The position numbers and the translations under genes were made by a program. DNA of 64,000 nucleotides, from assembly GCA_001662655.1 (NCBI GenBank), contig KV460208.1. One strand, 5' to 3'. This stretch comes from Pseudogymnoascus verrucosus (Eukaryota). The notes beneath the pieces were generated by a model. The model saw nothing but the letters and a program-made list of their open reading frames with translations, had not been told where the DNA came from and made no database searches. This document shows positions 37,638-50,243 of this stretch, piece by piece; within the stretch, counting starts at the first letter, position 1, and each line of letters begins with the position of its first letter.

Positions 37638-40600
37638 TTTGAAATCCGTTTGGGGATTGGGATTTCGTTTTAGTTTTATGGTGGTGGGGATTGGTTATGA
37701 TAATTTCGTGGATGAGTCAATAGGCAGACGCTGGCGTTTTTTGGGCGGAAGCGATGTGCCGAGGCGGGCGGTGACGAGGTGATAATGCGTGATGTGGTGG
37801 GATATGTAGGTGATAGGCAGAAGTGTTATCGGTAGGCAGTAGTAGTAGTAGTATTGTGTTATGAAGTATGACTGTGGATGGTAGAGTGTGATTGAGTATG
37901 AGTGAATACTTAATACTAATATGAAGCTGGTGATAGTTGTCTGTCTGATGGGGAAGAAGAAAAAAAGGAATCTCCAGCTGAGGTGATGCCGGTGGTATTA
38001 TACTTGTTGGCAGTCCGTTATGCTCGGAGCCGCGATCCATTCTTTTTCCACAGTTCCAACACTGCCCAGCTCGTAAGTATCTGACTAGAGTACTAAGGTT
38101 TAAGACGTAAGCTCCGTAAAAGCCGTATAGTCCGTACCACCGCTTCGCATGTACCTGGCGTGTTTAGGTCCGCAGTCTCGGATTTCGGGTGGTAGGTGCG
38201 TGTGCGTGGTCCGCGTGGATTACTCTAAGAGAAGAAAAAAGTTAAGTACCAGGGTAGACGAGTACACAGTGATGAATAATGCAGGGATAATAAGGTAGGG
38301 AGAGGCAGGCTGAGGTAGGCCAAGGTACGAATACGCCATGTACTTACGTTAGCTAAGGTACATTCTCGCTCGTCGTGTTGGTCCGCCCGTCCTTATGCCA
38401 TTTGTGTCATTTGTGCGTAGTTTCTCACTGATTATTACTGTAGTCCTGCACAATTATCATAATTATGCCCTCTTGGCGCTCGAATATCTCCGAGTCCGAT
38501 TGCGAGGGATTCGTACCAAGATACTTAGTGGCTTGTACCTTAGTCACTCGCGCCCTTCGTTGCCCAGCTTACGAATCAACTTTGGATTTCCCATCACCGT
38601 TCTTCTTATGTCCATAGTGACTCCGTTCCGTCTATACAATTCCATATACCATTATCCGTTATCCGTTATTCCCTACTCCTATCTCCCTCTGGTAGAGTGC
38701 GCGATGCCGCCTGTATATGTAATCATGTCGCATTCCTCGTTGCAGGTACAGTTCAGATCAGTATAGTCAGTACAGTATGTATAGTCAACACAGTTTTGGC
38801 CAGAGTGTGCGATGTGCCATGTATACCCTATAGCCTATACCGCCGTAGAAGAAAAGTAACATTTCACATCTGCCGCCCTGTCTTGTCTGCCAATCCATCA
38901 GCCTTGGTACCTTATTTCCAGGCGTACGTGTATGACTGAACTGAACACATCCACCGACACGCCCAGACACAAACCGCAGCACAAAGAAACCTCGTCTGCC
39001 TGATTACACAATCCCACTCTTCCTCCCCCACACTCGTCCCCGATGACACACCCTCGGACCCACACGCGATTGGCCCTTCTCCCGTAACTTTCTCCTACCC
39101 CCAATCCGGCTAGGTTTCATGGCGATTCATTATTCTTCGACAGCCATGACTACCAAAATAGCATTACTAATCTCGTTCTCTCGTACAATGGTACCCTTCT
39201 CGCTCTTAACGTTATGCTTCTAACGCCGAAACGAAACACATACACGGTACGGCATACAAACTCTATCCTGCTTAATCCCGTCACATTCCGCCGTTCAATT
39301 CCAATTGTTTGATTACTTACATGCATGCGCGACTCACAAAGAAACACACAGTCCGTAGGAGTCATGTCTAATTGCCGCCCCCCCAGCACGACATCCACCA
39401 CCACCGTTCCATCCGATCCCATTTCCTTCCTTCTTTCTGTCAGGTCAGTCACTGACGCAGCCGGGCAAGCGCCTGGTGAGAGACAAAACTCGCTCAATTA
39501 CACTTTATCCGGCCATCTGACACCTACGTCTCGCTCACATATATTACTGGCACAACCCCACACGGCAGGTAAATGAAAGTGAACACCGAACGTGTACCTG
39601 CGACAATCATGTCTCGTCCAAACAATTCCTCACCTAACACCTCACACTGCCACCATAATTAGCATCAGCCCTGTCCAATTTCCCCAAGACAACACACACC
39701 GAATCTCACATCTCGCTTTCCCCGTACCGTACCGCAACTTAACTCAACACATTTCCAAAAACGGCACTTTGTTTCGAAGTGCCGCAGAAGCCCCGCTGTC
39801 TCACACTCCACTTGTATACCCAAATTAGGGCATGTACAAAGTAAGGCAGCAAGATAAGGCACCTTGACTCAGCCTCGCACCCACATCATCTCCCAGGTAC
39901 TGTACCCACCCTCCACCCCATCCGGCCCTGCTGTCGTCGAAGCAACGTGCGCGACGACGCGAGATTGGGGGTTGCGCGGGCCTACACGTGGCAGTTGGGG
40001 CACGGTCTGTTCGGTGAGGGTAGGGGACGGGGTACGAGTACGCAGCTCGTTGTGGCAGTGTGGTGGTGGTGAATTGCTGGATGGGGTGGTTGGACTCGTA
40101 GACGCTAATTTCGAGGTACGAAAAGGGGCGCGAGGTGGTTTCCTGATGGGGAAGTTCACGTCGCGCGCGATTGATGCTTCATACGGCCGTTGGAGCGGTT
40201 AGGTTAATACACCGAGTGCCATTGTACAGCCTCACAGTATACGCCCATCTCTCATCTACTGTATCTTCACCAAACCATCCTCCCAACTGTAGCATGGCGT
40301 AATCCATCGCCGCCTCCCTCAACACAAGCTGTATAAAATAAAGTCACACCTTCCCCTGCACGGATCGCCCTCGCTCCGCCATCCACGCACGCGCAACCCC
40401 CAAGGCACCAACACTACTAACAGTCGCGCACGAGGCAGATGTCTTGGGGTCGCGTTTCTCGGGTCTTGGATGCGAGTTTCGGGTCCGACGACGCGAGGGT
40501 GAGGGAGCTATGGCAACGATGGGGTGGTGGTTTGAGGTACTCGCTCGGTTTATTGTACTGTACTGTACAGTACTAAGTGTACTGGACTGGACTATGCTGA

Positions 40601-42983
40601 AGGTGCTGTAGATCATATCAGATCAGATAGGCAGCCCTTCAATTCCTGCATCTCATCCTATACGCATACGCCCATACGTACCCAATATACTCCATCAGCA
40701 TCAGCCTCGTCACCACCACCACAAGGCTACGTTGCATTAATATCCCCAATCCCACCGCCCATCATCCATCTCACGCATCTATCTCACATCGCGACAGAAT
40801 ACGACAGACATACGACGACGAATCCAATCAAAACCAAAATAGATGCGAAACCTCGCGCGCGCACACGACATCCATCCATTATCTCGCGACGACGGAATCG
40901 CCGCGCATCACAATACAGTAAGCCAACCCCATCCCGCCTTTACACTGTACACTGCAGAAGAGCGGACTCCCAGACCAAGACATGGAGATAATCTTACAGC
41001 CGCTGACTCGCCGGTGCGTCACCCTCGCTCGTGGACCTGTCACTCTCCCTCCTGTCACTCTCACCACCCTGGTCTTTCCGTCGCTTTGTAGGTTGGGGGT
41101 AAGCGAGCTACATACAGTACACCTAATCCCAATCCCACGCCGCGCACCGGCGAGACACCACCCGTCCGCCCTCCCCTATCACTCGCGAAGGAGGGTCCGA
41201 AAGCGCCGAGCTGTGTGTGGTAGTTGCTGTTTTAGGAGTGATGTCGCGATAAATGTCTGAGATTCTCGCTTCCATCTTCCATAACCTGTCAGTCAAGTCT
41301 CGTGAGATGTCACCCAGCTTCTATGTCTCTCGTTCCTGTCTCTGATGTTTCTGTGCCTCGTGGTGTCTCCCGAAGAAGGGGGTGTCTCGTCTCGCGCACA
41401 CCGAGGGGTGGTGGTGTATCACATCTATCATATTCGTATCTATGTATATCGTCTGCATCGTGGGTGTATGTACTTCACTTCACCGCCTCGTCTTTATCGT
41501 CGCCCGCCTGGTTGTTGTGAAGATCTTCGCATCCGTCGTGTTGAACATCCAGTCAAGTCCCATCCTCAGCCCTACAGTAAGACATCCCTCCCCCAGATCA
41601 GATAGCCTCCAAATAGCCTACTACCAGTTAAGCGAGGGAGCGACCCGCGATCCACCTCGCTAACCATAACTCCGCGTGGCAAAGGGAGCAAACTTAAACT
41701 CCGTCCTCCGGTCCACCGCTCACAGTCGGTCGGTGTTATGTAACCCTCCGCACAGACCGGGAGTGGGTACGTACTGTACTGTAGGTGCATAAAATCTGAG
41801 TTATGCAAGAGAATGGGAGGGGTTATGTAATCCTGTTCCGGACGCTATTGTATGGTACGGGATTAACGGCTTTTACTAGCGGGGTACTTTACACCAGAAA
41901 GAAAGGTTGAAGGTGGTTTACTAATCGCAACCTGCTTACAGATCAACAACCAGACAACTCTCTTCACCGTTCCGATTACCGAGCAAACCCCCAAACCCCA
42001 TACCTTAAATCCGCTTGTCACAAATACAGCATGGCTAGCTGGCACGCCATCTGCTTTGACATTATGTGTAGATATGTATACATTTTAGCTTTGTAGATGT
42101 AGATTCTGCAGGGTCGAACGCCCGTTGACGGCGGTGGGTGGGTGCTGACATATCCCTCTGGTGACAAATCAAGATTCCTTCCTTCTCTCTCAGGTGTGTT
42201 CTTGCATCGGGGGTGGGATGCGGGTTTGCGGATAGCTGTAGCTGTGGGCAATACCTTCTACTACCTCTATCTTCCATGCCTGTGCCGCGACTCCTCTTGC
42301 TCCTGTATACCGCCCTCCTCTCCTCACTATCTCTCACAACACCAACATCATGACAGTAATATGATAAATGCTCTCAACTTTCATTCTCCCTCCCGTCTAC
42401 AAAGGTTCTATATACACCCCCTCCCCCCACGGCCTTCCCCACCACATGGCCCCTGCGTCCGTAGCCACGCCTCTCCCAGCCTCAGCCACGTCATGCACCG
42501 ACCCTGAGGGGGCAGGCCACAGCCAGCCAGGCACGGCTACAGGCAAGCACAGGCCCATCCCGCCCGCTGTGCGTCGTGCACCCCTCCCGCACCACGGCAC
42601 CGGCGCGGACATCTGCCCAGTCATGCCAGTCATCCCTGCATACCGCCCAGTCCACGCGGGTGGTCCAATTATGGCCGCATCTTCTGCGCCTGGGCCACCG
42701 TCTCACCCTCGCGCTGGTTGGTAAAGGTAAGGTGCAGCAGGTAGCTGTTGTTGCAGGTTTGATAATATGTTGCGTTGGTATCCAATCCAATCTCTCGCTC
42801 TCTCGTTTGTTCGTTTGGGCTTTCGCTGCGTTTCGCTGCGTTCCGCTGTCTATTCGGGTATCTCATCTGATCTCATCTCATTCGTCCATCTGCTCATCCG
42901 CGCGTGTATCCGCGTCGGTATATCATATCCCCCCCCCCCCCACCCTCACACATAAAACACATTCCCATCTCCACTTCATCCGC

Positions 42984-45900
42984 TCACCCCCCACCCCCTT
43001 CCTCAACCAACCAAGGATGCTCCAGCACCTGCTCAATTGTGGCCCGCTTCGCGACATCCCTATCCAGCATCTTGCGGATCAGATCGATGCTCGGCTCGCT
43101 CATCACATACGGCACGCGCAGATCGCGGTCCATGATCTCGTCGATGCTGTAGAAGGGGTTTTCCTTGTATATGATGGTATACAATAAGATGCCGAGGGCC
43201 CAGACGTCTTGTTCTTTGCCGCCGTAGGGACGGCCGGCTAGGACTTCGGGGGCTGCGTAGTCTGTGAAGGGTGTCAGTAACTCTGTCCATCTGTTTACCC
43301 GTCCGACTTAATAGGTTGGAGTGGATGCATGAGAGTGGGTGAATTGGGGGGGGGAACTAAAAAGGAAAAGGGAGACTCACCAATCGTCCCCACAAAAACA
43401 TCAAACGGCCCATTCTTGATATACGCCGCACTCCCAAAATCAATCAACCTCACCGTCCCCTCCCCATCCAACACCACATTCTCATCCTTAATATCCCTAT
43501 GCACCACCGCTGCCTTCCCATGCAGATGTCCCACCGCCCTCGCCACCTGCACAAATATCCCCCGACACTCCGCCTCCTCCATATTCACTCTCAACTCGAT
43601 GTAATCGAACAGATCCATCCCCGGAAGGCCGTGGGGTAGCATCTCAATGTAGTAGTTCACGTCGTCCTCGAAGAAGTCGTGCATGGCTACTATATTGGGG
43701 TGCGAGAGCCCGTTCCGGCGCAGGTAGTCGAGGACGTGGATTTCCAGCGGGACGGTGCCGAGACGCCGGTCGCGCGTCCAGGTGTCGACGAGGATGCGGC
43801 GTTTAGTGACGAATTTGAGGACCACCTTGGCGTTGGTGTGTTTATTCCTCGCCAACTTAACCTGTCCATATGCGCCCTGTCCCATATCTTCCAGAATAAC
43901 AAAGTCATTAATAGTTTTCTTCACCGGCGGCGCCACCAGCGGCGGCGGCGCAACAGGAGTACTAGGCGGCGCAGATGACGTCGAAGTGCGACTAATGAGT
44001 TTATTCGTCGTCTTCCTCGCCGCCTCCTTAAGCTGCTGCGCCAGACTCGACGCATGTGACGTCTCCCTCACCGGCTCATCAGAGGAATCCATATCGACAG
44101 GCGAGGAAACCTGCGTCTGCCCGGGCGACGGCTGGTGCAGCGGCGTCGACGTATCGCTCAGCCTTGGCGTCGTCGCACTGGACGCTGCCTGCTGACCACC
44201 TGCGTGCACATGCCGCGAGTACGTGATCCAGACCGCGTAGACGACTTCGGAGCGGCGGATATACTCTTCTCCTTCTTCGAGGATCACGTGCTCGTCTATG
44301 GGGGTCTGCTTCTCGCTCTGGACGACGCGCATTTGGAGGTCGATTTTGATCTCGGAGCCGTCGCGGTGTTTTGCTGCGATGCCGTCGGGGCGGAGGAAAT
44401 ACGCTGCCGCGTCGCCTTTTCCGTCTTGCAGTGCAGCGAACGCCCGAGCGCGGCGGAAACTCTGCTCGGGCACTACGCTGCCGTCGACTAGCTGGATATT
44501 GTCGTCCTCAGTGAGGATCTTCAGGATACGATCGAAACCCGGGATCAAATCAGTGATGTGCAGTCTGTCCGGATGATCCTGGCCGAACAGCGCAGCGCAG
44601 AAGACCGAGTTAGCGCTAGTGATCTGTAGCGTATCGGCCGACAGCACCACGATTCCCGCGATATGTGGGAAGCTCGAGACCCGGAGATCCGTGCCGCCCG
44701 GCACCCGCTCAATCGCCACCGGCACATTCGCAGCATTATTATTTCGCGCTGTGAAAAACCTTTGCTTCGTGACCTCGGCATAGTCTAGTGCGCCCGTCCT
44801 GGGATTGATGCCCTGCCGGGGTATCCGGGGGATGAGAGTCCCGATGTCGACGCCGGGTTGCGCTAACGATTCGCCCCATATTGGCACGGAGGGACCTTCG
44901 ACTCCGGTTACTACTCCGTCGCTGTCTATGCGGAGGATGGCGACGTCTTCGTGGATTTCTTCGAGGACCCAGATCAGGCCGCCTTTCTTCTCTTTGACCC
45001 ACAGACTGGCAGATCCGGTGTGGCCGTTCCGCTTCTGGATGGGAACGACGTCTCCACAGAGTAGAACACCTCTGGACTTGTTATTCGCGTGATTGAGCCC
45101 CATTTTGCCTGCCTGCTTTCGAGCAGCAGCGACGGATGATCCAGCACCATCATCCGTCTGAGTCCTTCGGCTCTCCTTAACCTGCCTCGAGGAAGGTTTG
45201 TTCAGCAGCGCAGCCGTAATTCCACCTCTCCCCAGTAAAAATGACGTAGTTGACCTCGGGGTATCCTGCTGGTTATTTGCATTCGACGCCTGGCGGCTCT
45301 TATGCTCTGCTTCCGATCCCGGCATTGCCAGTTTCTCCTCTAGCCACGCTCTGCGTTCTTCCCTAACCACCTCCATAATACCCATCTTCCTGACCTCCGC
45401 ATTCGTGACCCCAAAAACAAGGCAGGCGAGATCGTTTGCAGCCAGAATCGTCCATGGCGCTTGTGATTGAGTTGTGAAGATGGCTTGTGCCGCTGGCGCC
45501 CATCGATTTGAATGGCCATGGACAGCGCCGGCAACGTGAGGTTCACTTAATCCGTATGTCGGTGAAGTTCCGTAATGAGACCTCTGCTGTGCATCGAGAT
45601 AAGGTGAAATCAACGGAGCCTGCTGAGGAGCGTTAAACGCGCCTTGGGGTAAAGGTGGTGAGAGCATCCTCCCATTGCCATATTTGTCGTTTGCAAGGTA
45701 TGGCTGCTGGACCATGGCGTCAACAACCGTACTTCGTAACCGCGAGGGACTTGTGTCGGTGAATGATCGTAGGTAGCCAGGTCTAACAGGTGCCGGTGCC
45801 ATGAAGACGTCTGTCGAAAAGCTTTCGCCAGTGGTCGTCCGCGAAAGTACGTCCGAATATCCCTCCGACGGCGCCACATCGCTGGCCTCCTGCTGGGACC

Positions 45901-47045
45901 TTCTCGAGTGTGTTGGCGATAAGGGAGCCATCTCATCTGGACTCTCGGAGCGCTGGCCGTAGCTTTTCTCAAACACATTGTCGTTATCGAACTGAGGTGG
46001 GGGGCTTGACACCAGCCCTCCCATGAAACCAAACCCATTCACCTCTCCCGCCTCATCTGCTCTCGGAATCTTCGCCCTTGCTTCAGAGTCTAACCCGCCC
46101 TGGCCATCCTGATCCCCCAGTGTGCGCGGTGTCACGCTGGCAAGGGAAACCTGGGAGCCTCCATGTCGACTTATAGATTTTGTCATAAATTCTATCGATC
46201 TCTTCAGCACGTTCTGGCGGTTGTGCATAAAATCTTCGGTCGACTGGTGGGCGAAGGAGAAGGAGTGTAGCGACTCCGAGGGAAATCTCGTGAGATCTTC
46301 CGTGAAGTTCATCGTTGGCGAGGATGGGGCGGTGGATAGAGCACCATAGGAGCTCTTTCGAGACTCCGAGTGTGTGGTAGTGATAATCGGTGCCGTCCGT
46401 GGCCCCAACGAGGGAGCGCGAGAGGAGCTCGCAGAGGATATAGTTGCAACTCTCGAAGGTGGTTGCTGGCGAATTCGTCTTAGACCGGAGGCACCAAGGC
46501 CGTGCTCATGGTCTGTCATAACGGAAGACCTGGATTTAAAACCGTCAATTACCATAATTCGTAAAACATCCTTGACCACTGTGCACAGTGATGGATATAG
46601 CATCAACCCCACCACTACCGCGTCTATCCATAGCCGAGTTAAAGCTCACCTGGAAAGGGTATCGTAGTCGTGGGCCCCACCATCGAAGGAAAAGCGTATC
46701 CTGCCCTTGTCCTTGTTCGCAGTGCCCTGGGAGAGGAGGTTGCTGGTACTCCGGTTCTTTGGGAGGTTGAGACTATTCGTATGTGTGAGGGTGTTCGTAT
46801 CGTGGTCTGCGTACTCGGGGGTATTGCCTCTTCTCCCTCGCTCTGGGGATCGTGGATATACGTCGTCGCCTGGGATCGTTAGTTAGCCGGGGTGTTCAGA
46901 GAGGAGACAGGCAGTGGCGAGAAGCTGCCCGCGTCTCTGCTGCCTGGGCAGAAGGCGTCCAGTCCACAGCTTAATCGCCCAACCAGGAAATCACCAGGGT
47001 TGTCGCGAACATACCATCGTGTTTCGGCGCGTTTGACCCCAGCAT
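42984..47045 (-). CDS. PSK1: PAS-domain Ser/Thr protein kinase (Psk1/Psk2 type), 4 exons
   Basis: AIFTT..PWTILAANDLACLVFG, GVLLCGDVVPI, kinase motifs GQGAYGQV, ILVDTWTRDRRLGTVPLEI, HRDIKDEN, DFGSA, GTI|DYAAPE. Predicted 5' exons 47045-47015 and about 46869-46650. Confidence 0.9.
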
Positions 47046-48229
47046 AACTGCTCGGTCTGCGTGGGGGCGCAAAGCAAACAGACTGCGAACCGGGCCGGCG
47101 ATCGCAGATTCCGACGCGCTGGTGCTGCAGGCTGGCTAATTGTTATAGGCTGCTTCGAAGTGCTTGCTCCCTCGGGGAGGGGCGCTCTGGCAAAGGTGAG
47201 CGCGGCGGCGGGGGAAAGAGGACGTGCGTGTGCAGGGCAACGTCGGCGGCGGCAGTTGAGCTCGTATTGCGTCACTGTTCTTGGTATTGAGAATGAGGCG
47301 CGGTCAGGGCGTCGGCGGGGGATCGACGGGGGGACGTTTTGAGCGGGAGGGCGGCACCGTCTGTGGCAACGTCGATCGAGGGGGTGTACGTGGTGTTTAC
47401 GTCTTCACCGGCGGGCGGCGTGGTGAGGAGAGGGGTCGGGGGGCAAAGTGGTGGTTGTTGGCCGGTGTCGAAGCAATTCCAAATACGCTTAGCTTCTCCC
47501 ACCGAAAAAGGACGGCGAGTTTCACGATGATTTGAGACAGGTACAGTGGCCTGTTGGGGGGATGGGATTTCAACAAAAGAGATGGAGCAGAGTCTTGGGA
47601 AAATAGAAATTAGAGAAAGTGAGCGCCGGGCTGGGAATTTGCTTCTTCCTCTTTTTGCCCTCAGCGACTCGGACTGGGATTGTTGTGAAGGGGAAGGAGA
47701 TGGGATCTACGTGGTGAAAGTCGAAAAAATGAGTTTGGGTGCTGCAGCTATGGAGTTAGTAGAGTAGGACTACGGAGGGCGATTTCGCAGCGAACGCAGA
47801 CGACGGACGCGGGCTTGCCGTTGGCCGGGTGGGCGGTGGACTGACTGGTGGGGTGGGGTGAGGGCAGCACGGCGAAGCTTAAACGGAGGTTGAGTGTCAT
47901 ATTTATTATATATTTTTTAGGTTTTTATGGAAAAATAATTTGTTTTTTGATTATTTTTAATAATTATGGTATTTATGGTAATTTTGGGGTAGTATTGGGG
48001 TAGGATGGTATTTATTGTTATGGTATGATATTTTAAGTGGCTTTTTTAAATAATGGGGAAACAGCTGGTGATTGGAATAGGCCAGAGCCTGTTAGATCGT
48101 TGATCTCCTACATCTGTCTTTCTATTCGCGAGAGTCGAGTGCTAGACTAGATGGACAAAGGAAGCAAGTTTCTTGTGCATCATATGGCATTGTTTGTTGT
48201 GATTCTAGTCATGTGGGTAGTTTGTTGTA

Positions 48230-48480
48230 CGTATGTGTGGTGTATGTGTGGTGTATGTGTGGTGTATGGGGTTTGTGTGTGGGGTGGGGTGTGTATGGTG
48301 ACTCTAGAGTGTCTGTGTGTGGTGGAGAGGGTAGTAGAGTGATAGTAGGAGAGGATATGGTTGGTAGTAGAGTTTGTAGTAGAGTATATGGCAGTAGAGT
48401 ATATGGTAGTAGAGTTGGTAGTAAAGTTAGTAGTAGAGTTGGTAGTAGAGTTGGTAGTAGCAGAGTGGTAGAGGTAGAGA
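48230..48480 (+). repeat. G/T-rich simple repeats (GTATGTGTGGT; GGTAGTAGAGTT-like)
   Basis: Imperfect tandem arrays visible in the sequence. Confidence 0.75.
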
Positions 48481-50243
48481 GGGAGTATCGTCTATAAGTA
48501 TCATATCATAGCAAAATGAGAGAAAGGTACCTCCGCTCTTTACTGTACTCTGTATCTACTACCACCCACCGTATAACGTATAAGTTTCTCCGTCGTTCCG
48601 GGAGGATGATCCGGCCGGCAGTACTAAAATACTACTACTAAAATACCACCCACACTGTAAAAAGTATAGTACAAAAATATACTCGTATCGCGATAAGAAC
48701 GACAGTACTCTATCCTGCTATCCCATAGTAATGGATACTGGTAGTAGTAAGAATAGAATATGTACCCCACACTCACATAACCCACTCTACTACCACTACT
48801 ATCACCGCTTATCCATCTCTTATCCACTCCCACCACTCCCACCTCCCACCACTAACCACCACCAACCCCTCCATCCATTCCCCCTCTCCTCCCTCCTCTC
48901 CCTCTTCTAATCCACTACATCCACCCCTTCCACCATACTACATCCACCCCTTCTTCCCCTCCTTTCCCCCCTCCTTCCCCCCTCCTTCCCCCCTCGTTAG
49001 CCTCTCACGGCTCTTTCCTCTTTTACAAATAGAATCACCGAACCACAGAACCAAAGAAATATCCCCATACTGTACCGAACTCTACCAAACTCTACCAAAC
49101 TCTACCACACAAACATATACGAAAAACCATACGAAGCCTATACGAAGCCCATACACAGCCTTCCTCACTCCATCCACACACACAGACACATCCCTCCTCC
49201 CGTCCATTCCACCACACCCATCCACCCAATAACCACTCGACAACTCTTCTCAACCATCCACTCACACCCACTCACACACCATTCACACCCTCTCAACACA
49301 CGCCATTCACCCGCCATCCTCCCGCCATCCTTCCGTTATTCACACCCCCCCCATCCGTCCCCTCTGTCCCCTCGGTCCCCTCTACCTCCCTCCCCGCCAA
49401 ACAACACCATGACCCGTCGTGTACCCATATACAACTTTTGACCGAGACACTCTATTCACACACCACCCCCCTCCGTGCCTCTCGTACCATACTTCTCGTC
49501 CATGTGGGTGTGGATAAAAAGGAAGGGCTCCATAGAAGATCAATTCTGTATCCTCCTCCTCCACTCCAAGTGTAACAGATCAACTGCTTCTGTGCAAATA
49601 GTAGCACCGCTGTACCTTCTTCTCCCCCAACCTCCTCCCGCCGTTGTTCCGCTGCACTCTACTTTCTTCTACCTCCCTTCTACCTTTCTTCTACTCGCTG
49701 AGCGAAATACATTCAATCATAGTCAGACAATCACGCTTGATTGACACTTGACTGACTCTCCAATTCTACGCCTTTCATCATTTGCTGCCAGGATCCACGT
49801 CCCTTTGCCTCGTCTCTCAATCCCTTTGTTCAGACGACCTGCCCAGACGACCAAATCCCCCATCCGTTGGTTCGCTCCCATTAGACCTCCCGCATCCGCA
49901 TCGAACCACATCGGAGACATCCCGCAAGACACGCAAGCAAACCCTTTCCACCGCACGTCGCAGGATCTCGACTTCCACTGTCTTCACTTCTCACTGTATC
50001 ATTCGTTTTTCTTCGTTTTCGTTCTACGGCCGCTCAGCCGCAAGTTGCAGTCCTTCACTTCTTATCATAAACTCGTCGACCGAGTCGGCGATGTCTGGTT
50101 GATCAGACGTTTTTTTCTTGTGTTTCCGGATACGCCACAACTTCGAGATACACCATTTGTCGTACAATAGCGTTGTATATTTCCATTATCATTAGCACCA
50201 GCGTCTGCCTTTTTATAGACGCTTCCCACACCCACCACCCACC

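Noticed and set aside
42368..43187. Plus-strand ORFs of 118 and 203 aa near the PSK1 3' end
   Set aside because: Low-complexity or antisense sequence with no recognisable domain.
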